The translations under genes were made by a program, and so were the position numbers. Positions 25,901 to 36,633 of a stretch of 64,000 nt of DNA are shown here, in pieces (position 1 is the stretch's first letter; each line of letters begins with the position of its first letter). This DNA comes from Phoronis australis (Eukaryota; Animalia; Phoronida), in the NCBI GenBank assembly GCA_002633005.1, contig NMRA01000340.1, positions 419,435 to 483,434 on the forward strand. The letters run 5' to 3'. Under the pieces are notes generated by a model. That model worked only from the letters and a program-made list of their open reading frames with translations, had not been told where the DNA came from and did no database searches.

Positions 25901-28900
25901 GTTAGCAAACCGCCACTGAATCTCAAATCTGTTACTAGCCAGAGTTGATATATTGGCTCCATGGCAGAATATTCGAAACTCACGCTGGATATTTCTCATG
26001 GCAACTTAGATCTACAATTGCTTAAATTACATGCTTGAATAACTTCTTTGATTGCTGTAAATGCTATCTTTTTCTAAATGTTGTTTGGTGACAAGTGCGT
26101 CCTAGAGGCAATGATGAAAAGAAATTTAAGTTTCATTATTTAAAAATTATATCTGTTTAGACAGTTAACAAGAAATGAAATTCTACTTGTCATCCAAATT
26201 GAGCCAAATACTGAAGAAAGGTTACGTTGTATAGGCAGCGATAAAATAACCTTCCATTAGACAGTACAAGCGTTGGTTGGTGGTCAAATTAAGACCCACA
26301 CAGGCAGGGTTGAAAATCAAACTGAGTCTCGGATTCACAGTGAGTGTGAGAAACTCTGTAGATGGTCCCCTCACCTGGAGTGGTCCCAGCCGGCTGTGGT
26401 AATGTCTACCCGCACCGTGCACTCCAAACATCCGGTTAGGCTGTTGCAGTGAATGGTCAGCTGTGGGTCAGGCACCTGGGCAGCCATGTTGTCCAACAAT
26501 TCAAATACTTCTGACCTCAGGGCACAGTGTTTGGCTTGCTGAATGATGCGTTCCAGGCATGTTTCACTGCAAAAATGAGAAAGCCAAAACCACTGAACTC
26601 CAAAATCACAGTAAAATTCAAACTCACAAGTAACGTTTCCATCACTTGACAAAATACCACAAACAATACCAACATGTGCATGACACTAAGTTTTTTAGTT
26701 AATAACAAAAAGTCTTAGCCCGGTTAACCTCTCCAAACGATCAGCCTGCAGTAAATTATTCATTATACTATGTTGAGATGCTGCAGCTTAATTTTTGTAC
26801 ATGTAACTGAACAATCAGAATGGTTTGGCAGAAGTGCCTCCTGTTGTGTCTCTTGGAAATTGTCAAGCAACAGCAGTTGTATATTTAAAGAATTTTGTAG
26901 TTGATCAGTGTTAAATGTTTTAGTGCGACTCTTGAGGTTTTATAGCTGCAATAGGAATCTCCTGCAATACCATGTTTACTACTATATTCAACTGCCTCAG
27001 TCTATTTTACCCTGTGATCTATGATATTCCAACAAATATCTAGTATTCTCATATTCACTCCTCCTTTAAATTAAAGACGAAAGCACCGTTTTTGGAGACT
27101 GTTAACAATTTCCCACAACCTATGCCTACATTACTTCGGACAAGCGCTGGGCACATACCGTATGTCGGACACATCGTACAAAACATTTGATTTGACACTC
27201 GCAAAAACTCTCAACGGTATGTGTACACAATTATCAGGCTCTTTCTCAGAGTATATACAGAGGTTCCCAGCCATACAGGGTACATCCCTTTCCTGTTAAT
27301 GATTATCCATTCGAGGTTTACTTGCTACCCAAGGATAAAGAAAGTGAGCAAAAGGACCGCATCTTGAGCTGCATTCACTTCCTTTGAGCAAACACCAATG
27401 ACTAACACAGACTGAGATCAATAGCAACTAGGACATTGTGTTTGCTCATTGGAAGTGAAAGCAGAACCAAAGAACCAAGATGTGAGCCTTTTGCTGGGCT
27501 GTTAACGTCGTCTATAGCTTCATGGATAGCAAATACAAGCCAGGAAAACAGAAAACAAGATGATCTAGGATAACCAGGTGCAGTTATTCTTACTAATTGG
27601 TAACATCAAAAATGATAATTTGCAGTCCCCCTTAAGATGAAGTCTGACTGACCAATAAGGCTTCACTGATAAGACACACCTCATCAGTCACATCAGTTCT
27701 GATAAATGCTTACCTGGTCAAAGTTGTCAACATCTCACTGGCACTGTGTCCGCATGGTCCCGCCAGGCGGCGCTTCCTGCTCATACCCAGCGTGGCTGTA
27801 ATTGGTTGAGGCATGGCTGGGTGTATGTTTTTGTAGTGAATATCACGTAACATCTGATGCAGCGAGTGCTCCAACACGTGATCATGCTTGAGGTCAGGAG
27901 GGAGGCCGGTACTCTGAAACAGTGAAATACGTGATCACAATTAAAGTTAGTTGGAAGGCCAGCGCTCTGAAACTATAGAATATGTGATCAAGACTGAGCT
28001 CAGGAGGGTGGCTGTTACACTGAAACAGTGGAATATGTGACCATGATTGAGGTAAGGAGAGGAGTCGCTACTTTTGATTCTGTAGAATATATGGCCACAT
28101 TTTGGGTCAGGAAAGAGACCTGGGCTATGTAACAGTCATGCAAAAACACAAAATCACGCATGTCTTTGCAAAACATTGCCATGCATTACAAGCCTGATCC
28201 CATTTAGCCTTTCTGTCCAGTGCTGTGAGTCTATGGAACACAAACCTATACTCCAGAGCAATTTGGTTGGGGCACGCATGCACGACAAGGCACACAAACA
28301 TGTAACATGCCATCAGCAATCCAGCAAGTACCTGGAGACCACCATCTCTACAGACGATTTGACAAAGGAACAGGACAAGCCTGCGACACAACAAGAGGCA
28401 CAAAGAGTATACATGGGGACAAAAATTGCGCTCCATGATACGACATCTAAACTTAACCTTCACTGGTAGAACCCTACTTGAGCTAACACTTGCCTATTAT
28501 AATAAAGTATGGCTGGCTCACCTTTGTTTCTCGACACGTATAGTGGCACAACGCAATGAACAGTTGAAGTCTTGGGAACAACTGAAATGATACCGACATC
28601 AAGTGAGTGTTCAAACAGTGCTGACCTACTTCAACAAAAATGACAGCAAATGCTGTTTGCCAAACTGAAACAATTTTGACTGTGGATAAATCGTAAGCAT
28701 TTAATGGTCCCAAAAGACAAGGAATTCATGACAAGGCTGTTTGTGGAACTCATCATCACACTCAATAGCTGTCCATCACGACAGAGGTTTTACCAAATGA
28801 AAAGTTAATTTTAGTAAGACAGAAATGCAATTCAGCAATTCACAATAACGAGTCATTCAAGGTCATTCAAGGTCATTTTTGCTGTAAATGGAATTAGCCA

Positions 28901-31900
28901 TCACGACAGGGAATTGACAATTTGCCCATGACTTCTGATATGTACTGCAAACGTCACTTGTCTGAGATTATTTAGCGAGACAGCTCTTTGATAGATGATC
29001 AAACACTACAATCACATACTCTCCACAAAATCCAATGATGGAGGTAATTAAAGATGATGCTAGATACTCACCTCAACAATTATTTGATTACCACAGACAA
29101 GAGTATTTGACTTCAGCTTGACTGCTTCCCGTGCAAGCTGAAATTGAGAATAATCAAATGATATTTTGAAACATTCATAACAGCAGAGACATCAAGCTTT
29201 AAGGTAATCAGATGCTTAATGGAAACCATTAGCCATGTTTTGACACACAACCATGTCAGACTGTCATTAAACCTCTCTTATAGCAATGCATACTACAAAT
29301 CAGCGCTCAATTTGGTGACCTGCAAGTCGCCAATAAGACCTCAGATTGTTTTTGGCGACCTTAGAAAAATCTCAAGCCGCCACAAATTCAACACTGCAAG
29401 TACCAGAGTCAGACAATAATTCTTCCTAAATTCTTTTCAAAGTTCATTTTGATTTCTAAATTTCAAATTACTGTTTTCCTAGATTCATTACCTATTCACA
29501 ACTGTTACTTTTATTTTAAAAAATCAGTGCCTTTGCCACTACAACAGCGAGCACACATCAAACGCACTTAAATTAGTTCAGAAAGTAAACAATCAGATGG
29601 AAGTCGGAATTGTGCAGCAAAAATTGGGTAAAATCGGTGAAATATGCGCCACCAGTGTATGCGATAATCTCTGTTCTACGTTCACTCGTTGCTGGGAAGA
29701 ATTCAGTTAGAGAACGAAGCAAAAGTATGGGGAAAAATGGGAACGGAATGCACAACACGCTGAGAATGGGACACGCTACAGTCACACAAAATTCATCTTT
29801 TTATTTTTTTGTTGATTATTTTTACTCCAGACTGGTAACCTCAGATTTGATTACGCGACCTGGAATTTTTTAGTTCTGGTGACCTCAGATTTCGCTTGGC
29901 GACCAGCGATTTGTGCCAGGTTGCCAAATGTGACTCGACTTTAAGGTAAGCATCGAGCGCTACAAATATTGGATCTGTCTTCAGAACCATGCAAACATTT
30001 TGTTAGCTCCTTCGCAAATTTCCTTAGAAATCCCATAAAATATGTAACAATGAAATGACTATAGAAACTCTTTCAGGGTTTCTTTTATTTAAGCTACATA
30101 TACCTGTGCAAATAATTCTTTACAATAGAGCACGTTCTGTGCTGCCTCCAGCTTGTGTTGCCAGTGAGCGTCTTCAGATATTGACGGCACATTACTAGGC
30201 AGAGTGATGATAGCGGAGGAGATGTCACACGAGTCTGCATAACAAGAATTACAAGGTTATTCAGACATAGCGCAGAGAGCATCATCAGATATTGATGGCA
30301 CGATACCGGGGGAATGTGACAACGGCAGAGATGTCGCATGAGTCTGCATAACAAGAATTACAAGGTTATTCAGACATAACGCAGAGAGCATCATCAGATA
30401 TTGATGGCACGATACCGGGGGAATGTGACGACAGCAGAGATGTCGCATGAGTCTGCAAACTGAACAAGTGTAAGAGGGTATAGTGCAGCGAGCATTGTAT
30501 GACACGGACAGTACGTGACTGGGGAATGTAAAGACATGAAAGATGGCCAACGAGTCTGGAATAGGACAGTCAGGTACTGACAGCAAATAACTGACCAGTG
30601 TAATGAAGGCAAAGATGTCATAGAGTCTGTACAACAAGAATAACGGGCATTCAGACAAAATGCAGACTCTCATTTTCCCTGTGAGAACCGTTTACACAGT
30701 ATCTTTGCAAGCATACCGGAGTTTCACATAATTATGGACCTTACCACTGGGCACAATGTTTACAGCACGTCTGAATAATTGTGGTTGAGCTTTCTACTGT
30801 AAACAACCAAACTAATCAAGCCAGCCCTGTGAACATTGTTGTGCAAAGCAACAGGTTTTAACAAAGTCTACACAGCAGCTGGTCTCTCCTCATCATGTTC
30901 ACTCTTCACTAGCCATTATCTCATAGAGCAGGTCGCTAGCGCAGTTATCCGAATAAGAGTCTTTCTGACTTTCCTGCCGCAGGTGGTTTACTCCTCGGCC
31001 AAGGCTGACATTCAGATATTTGAATAGCTGGGTAGACAGAAACCATGCTGCTTAAGGGTCTTGCTCAAAGGTACATAATTATACAAGACAGTAATATCTC
31101 CAGACTGGACTCGGCACCTTTGTGGCTGAGAGCCATCCCCATAGGCACGACAGACACAATGCAGCATTAATAACTCAGGGCAGTATATTTCTCACCTGGT
31201 GTTTTGCGCAGGGACACCTGTATGTAGGCCTCACCCTCCAGTTGACTAGGTATGATCACCTTCAGGGCACTCGTTGAGCTGCCAGGCTCTGAACTCAGCT
31301 CGTCGACATTCTTGGTCACTTCGAATGTACCTGACTGCCAGAAGCGGGACCCGGCTGAAAGAAAATAACCAGTTGTGGCAGGTTCACTCACTGCAGAGAA
31401 CCAAAAGCAGCTATCACGACAGTTTTCATTACTATGAACATGTAACGTATGAACAAGTTCGTTATTTAAGGTTATTTAGGACCATTACAAAAATGTCTAA
31501 CATTGGCCAACTTTGTAACATCATGTCTCAGAAACAGCAAATCTGATTCATATGAACTCTCAGACACTGTGTTTTATGTACCTTGCTCCAAAACACTAAT
31601 AGGGATTGTTTATATAATGTTCTACTTTTGCCTGAGGGGCTATCAAAAACAAGGCTTTTATGAAGTTAATAAAACAAAATGAAAAGTAGCATAAGATTAT
31701 AAAAATGAAGACAAAATAATTAGAAAAATGTTACAGCTTTTTTGAGATTTTATCATGAACATTTATATCAAACTAAAATAGGTGATATTTTTGCTACCTT
31801 GTTTTGCTATTTTTACAAGTACATTTTACTAAAAATGCATGATCATGTGACCAAATTACTAGCAGAGTGGTATAAAGTCAAAAATAAAATTCTACAGCCC

Positions 31901-34900
31901 TACAGAAAATCTATACCTTCACTGAGTTAACTTCTTTAAAGTGTTTGGTAGATATGGCTAAATGCACAAACTTGTCAACAAGGTCCAACATAAACTTAAC
32001 AAAGTTCTGAAGTAACTAGCTTTATAACAAATAGTTCACGGTTAGATAATTGCCCAAAAAATAAACCCATTCTCTATGAAAAACAATGACATTTGTGCAA
32101 AAATTTTCAACCGATTGAATGTTTTAGTATTAACTTGTACAGGTTTTTTTTGTTCTTTGGTTTTCATTAAAACTTCAAAGAAGATGGATGAAAATGGCAG
32201 ACTGTTTGGGGAAAACTCCCTGTGAATGTATGTGTGATTCGCATTTACAGACGCTAAATTTGGAAAAACTAATCTGACCGACATTTTAATTCATCATTTA
32301 ACAAAAATTAACTTAGTTATTAAACAGTAGTTGCATTTGCACGCATCTTGAAATCGTTAAAAAGGTGTTTTCAGTGATGTTTAAAGCTGTTTTTCAAAAG
32401 TCCTATATATTTCCAGTGTCGGGCGGTTGTGTGATAGAAGGACATGGTGACTTAGAACTAAGAACAGCAATCATAACACTCTGTTGTTACACTCAATAGG
32501 CATTTGCTCTCAAACAGACTCTACCTGATTTATAACTGAGATCTCCAACAATGCTCTTCCCCACCTTCTTCAGCCGCCATGTTTGTCTTAGTCTCAGCAA
32601 CTCCAGATGGAAGTCTTGTTGCTGACTTATGTTGGCAGCCATCTCCAGATGGCTCTGGCGTAGCTTGTCATGGCCAGACATGAGGATCTGCGCAGCACTG
32701 GACAGTGACTGCAATAGCAAAGGGGAGGCTAACTGGTGCAGCATCTCAAAAAGCTCAGGCTCAGCATAAAGTCTCATGAAGTGGAGCCAGGGAAACTACC
32801 AAGGTTGGCACAATAAACAAACAGAAGACAGACAGAAAGTAGGCTTTACATTGGAAATATTATTTTCACATCATGAGACCATGCCATCCATCGTTTAGCT
32901 TACAGTTTGTTATGATCCCTCAGTTTTGTTGTGAGCAAGTCATTAAGTTCCCTCCTGTATGACTTGTGTGATATTACGCATTGCTTGTGCGTAGCTTACG
33001 CACCCAAATTTCAATGGCTAATTAATGGGAGACTATTGTAAATGAAATTTTTCAAAAGTAGAAAATGAAATGAAGGAGAGGATGATGATGGATTACAAAT
33101 GAAATTTAAAGACAAACTGTATAGTTGTTTTTGTCGGTATTGTAATATTACATTTCAGTTTGGGACAAAATGGAAAAGTCCCTTTTTAAATGGGAAGCGC
33201 TTAAATGAATTTAAATCACAGCCACACTCATTTCCAACAGTACAGTTCACAACAATGTAGTTAAACAAGTGGCAACTGGACTTATGGATTACGAAAAAAG
33301 ACAATCAGATACCAAGCAAAGCTGGTAATGGATCATCTGTCTAGATCCTTCCCTAGTGGTCATCTCGACGTCTAGGAATCGTCCCAAAATACTAAAAATA
33401 TTCCCGAACTGCATTGTAAGTGCATAATCTACCTTCCTCTTGGACAGTAGAGTAACAGCTTGTTTACTATCAGCAGGTTCAGCAGACACTGGGTCAAGCA
33501 CCATGTACTTCTTCTCCTTGGCGATGTTAAGCACATCCAACAATACGCTCATCTCAGTGTGTGCAGCCCTGTAGAGTGAACATAGAGAATCAACATAGCC
33601 CAGTAACACGTTCATCTCAGTCTGAGCTGCTTTCATTGTACAACAGACACAGATAATCAACATAGAGTCCAGCAACACGTCTATCTCAGTGTAAACTGCT
33701 CAGTACAGCAGACAAAGAATCAACACGCGGTCCAGCAACACGCTCATCTCAGTGTGAGCCACTCTAAACAGCAAACATAGGGCAACAACATAGAGTAGTA
33801 GTGGGATACATGGGTCACTGATTTGCGAACCAGTTACTCCAACTGAATAATGCCAGTTATTCAGTGGTAGTAAGTGATTCTCAAATTAATTTTATATCAG
33901 AGACCCACCTATCAAATAATTACCCAACACAGAGTCCAGCAACACGTTCACTTCAGTGTGAGCCACTTTCATTGTACAATAGATGTAGAGAATCAACAAA
34001 ATGGTTTGTAGCCAAAACCCTCATATCTATGAGTGGCTCTGTATATATCAGACAAAAAGAATCACCATCTGCAGTACACCTTAAAAGTAATCAGACAAAA
34101 TACTGTTTCTCAGCCATAAAGGCTAACAACTGGCCATTCTATATGAGGATGAACTCTGCTTATAGCTTGCCATCATGACAGAAAATTACAAATCATTTTG
34201 TCTGTTTGCTTTTTGGCATGTACTGTTATAGTCAAGCAACAGGCTCATCTCTGTTTGAGCTACCTACTTGCAAGACATGATAGTATTTAGTAGGGGCAGC
34301 AAGATACCCCGACTTACTTTAGCCTATTCCTCACAGAATCCCATGGCCAGAGGGATGGCTGGAACTTGACCAGTTGTTTCTCCTCTGTCTCAGAACTCTC
34401 ATCCTTTTTCTCGGTCGTGAAGTCAATTCTGTGAGCTAGTTTCGCCAAGTTCTCTGACATAGACAGAGAGCTGCAAATACAGAAATTTTAAAACTGAACA
34501 GAAACTGGGAAACGACTTCCTAAAACTGGAAAATGTCGTAACTATGGATACAGCAAGATTGTATTCTATGGACATTCAATTGCAACAGTCATGGTGAGAA
34601 TGATGCCATACAAGAAAACTACTTCCCTAATTTCACGAAAATCCGTCAACGAACTCCAAAGATACAGAGGCAGATTTGAAAAATCAAATTGTCACAGACT
34701 AGAACAAACAGCCATAGTCGGATATGTACATCTTTTGTCAAGTTAATAGGAATACACTCAATTTTCCAAAGATCACACTAAATGGTTCAAGATACAGCTG
34801 CAGATGCAAAAAATGCCATAGTAGTTGTCCGAAATCAACACCACTTGCGCCCCTGACACATCTGACAATATTCATAATCTTCCAGGCAGATGTCAAAACT

Positions 34901-36633
34901 TTTAAAATCATAAAAATGGCACCAGAACTAGGTGGTACAGAGTACGCTAAATCTGTCCTGAAATGGAAAGGTGATGTTGCCTTCATAACAGACATTTATT
35001 TTCGAACTTCCATGAAAAAAAACGTAAAACTACATCAATGTAAAAACTAAAAATGCCGAAAGGGGGTACAGCAGTGGTCAGATCCATCCAAAAGTCGTGA
35101 ACAGCCACTGGCACAGTAACAGGTAAACATTTGCCAGATTTCACAAAGATCCTGCACAAAAGATTAAGGGGATACAGTCACAGACGCAGAATTGCTGCTC
35201 ACGAATGCCACAATAGTCAGACCCGTCCAAAAATTAACGTCAGTTGTCGTCTTCTCGTCTGGAATATATCTACCAATTTTTATAATGGTCCTATGTGGTT
35301 TGGCCAACAAAGAGGCAGACACCCCATGGTTTGGCCAACAAAGAGGCAGACACCCCATGGTTTGGCCAACAAAGAGGCAGACACCCCATGGTTTGGCCAA
35401 CAAAGAGGCAGTCACCCCATGGTTTGGCCAACAAAGAGGCAGACACACCCCAGAGAATTGCCACAAGGGGTGTCACAGTAGTGCGACTTGTCAAAAAATC
35501 AACATGTCTTCTAAGCAGCCATTTTTAACACTGCGCTTGTCAGGTGGTATGAGGTCATATCCTCTGGCGGGCGCAGTGCAAAAATGGCCAGTTTCTGATT
35601 TTGGGAACTGAACGAGGGACTGCTTGAAGAAAATGTTTGATAACGGAGTATTTGTTCGAGTTGGAAGGAATTAAAGACATAGACGGCCTCCTAAGGTGTC
35701 GCTGTATGCGCAAAAAGGATTTATAACAACACAACTTTGATGTTTTAGTCAGTGTGAGGCATAATTCATTTCGCCGATAAACGTCTGGCATATGAAGCAG
35801 CTATAGGAACTACACTGTCTCTACTGCTAGAGACTGTCTTACCTGCTGACAAGGCACCACCTATATAGTCCGGTTACCTATTGTCGTCAGGCTCCAAAGG
35901 TCGTCCACCATCTTGTTTCGCGTGCAGCGCAACCACGCGGGACTTAGCGTTCCAATTTGGAGTGCTCGTGTGCACGTTAGGTACTAACTTATCGGAAGAG
36001 ACACGTATCAAAGTAATGAGACAAAAATCGGTGAGTTTACCGATTGTTTTTTAAAACCACTTAAAAATCAGTAGATTTTACTAATACACTTTTTTGTGCG
36101 TTTTCAGAAGATGTTTTNCGGAAGTTTACCAATCACATCGCCACCACTTGCACACGCCTTCTATGCACTAAACTTGTTTGTGCTTAAGTCACCAGATCAG
36201 GGTTTCCTTGATTTTGTTTACTTTGATTACTGCCCGCTTTTATAAATTACAACTATTCAAGTCAAAGGTGGTCGCCATACTACGCGACAATAAACTGAAA
36301 GGGGTTTCCCAGATTTCAACCTATGGGAGTGACTGAATGTTACATTATTTTAACCAATGAGAAGCCATGTTAAACAACATGTCACAGAGCTACCTTTCAT
36401 AGCACTGCTAGTGCTACTGTGGACTGTAGAGTCTATGATCATGATGACTGTTTACATTTCTAAATTGACCCGTTTTCAGAGTTTTGAGAAAAATATTTTG
36501 CATTTCAATTCACACCTAAGTGTGTTACGTTGACTTACGGAACATGTATTTCTTGTCCATCAAATGTAACTTCCTGAATTTGGTTCTCCAAAACAGATTC
36601 TACAGAGACAGCCACTGACTGAGGAAGCGCCAT
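19988..36633 (-). CDS. MED17: Mediator of RNA polymerase II transcription subunit 17, complete, 13 exons, ~617 aa
   Basis: Exons 36633-36539, 34470-34318, 33568-33433, 32708-32525, 31354-31196, 30234-30104, 29137-29072, 28581-28522, 27913-27714, 26566-26375, 24837-24717, 22058-21910, 20195-19988. All GT-AG, phases consistent, total 1854 nt. The peptides [90 protein letters not shown] and [14 protein letters not shown] match MED17. AATAAA on the minus strand at ~19727-19732. Confidence 0.95.
21120..21790. repeat. Interspersed repeat with recurring ccaaatttca..aagatcc motifs; related copy at ~34600-35290
   Basis: Multiple gccaaatttca(c/t)...gatcca and gatacag motifs occur in both regions. Confidence 0.5.
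27318..27535. repeat. Hairpin / MITE-like palindrome in a MED17 intron
   Basis: ctgcattcacttcctttgagcaaacaccaatg pairs with cattgtgtttgctcattggaagtgaaagcag; outer arms also pair. Confidence 0.65.
27876..28126 (-). repeat. 53-bp tandem repeat spanning the MED17 exon 9 acceptor
   Basis: Unit acgtgatcatgcttgaggtcaggagggaggccggtactctgaaacagtgaaat (real junction) followed by 4 decaying copies at 27929, 27982, 28035, 28089. Confidence 0.85.
29301..29961. mobile_element. hAT-like non-autonomous element
   Basis: cagcgctcaat... and ...atcgagcgct termini with repeated ggcgacc/ggtgacc subterminal motifs. Confidence 0.5.
30174..30670 (-). repeat. ~110-bp tandem repeat spanning the MED17 exon 6 acceptor
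   Basis: tcagatattga...gagatgtc..a.gagtctgcataacaagaattacaaggttattcagacata recurs at 30174, 30285 and 30394, then decays to ~30670. Confidence 0.9.
30900..31165 (-). mobile_element. CORE-SINE-like element remnant
   Basis: agctgggtagac...ttaagggtcttgctcaaaggtaca resembles the MIR/CORE segment gttaagtgacttgcccaaggtcac, followed on the + strand by a decayed inverted tRNA-like head. Confidence 0.45.
31620..31980. mobile_element. Partial copy of the 41645-42275 fold-back family
   Basis: gaggggctatcaaaaacaaggcttttatgaag...catgtgacc; reverse-complement homology to 2200-2630. Confidence 0.55.
33536..34265 (-). repeat. ~62-bp tandem/dispersed repeat spanning the MED17 exon 3 acceptor
   Basis: tcca(a/g)caa(t/c)acgctcatctcagtgtg...agaatcaacatag recurs at ~33536 (real exon), 33599, 33668, 33731, 33935, ~34010 and ~34232. 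Confidence 0.85.
35296..35450. repeat. 31-bp minisatellite, about 5 near-perfect copies, in MED17 intron 1
   Basis: Unit tggtttggccaacaaagaggcagacacccca. Confidence 0.95.

Noticed and set aside
35131-35611. Five overlapping ORFs with repeated peptides; possible CRISPR-like array
   Set aside because: They arise from a stop-free 31-bp minisatellite with no spacers, in a eukaryotic intron with no cas genes.
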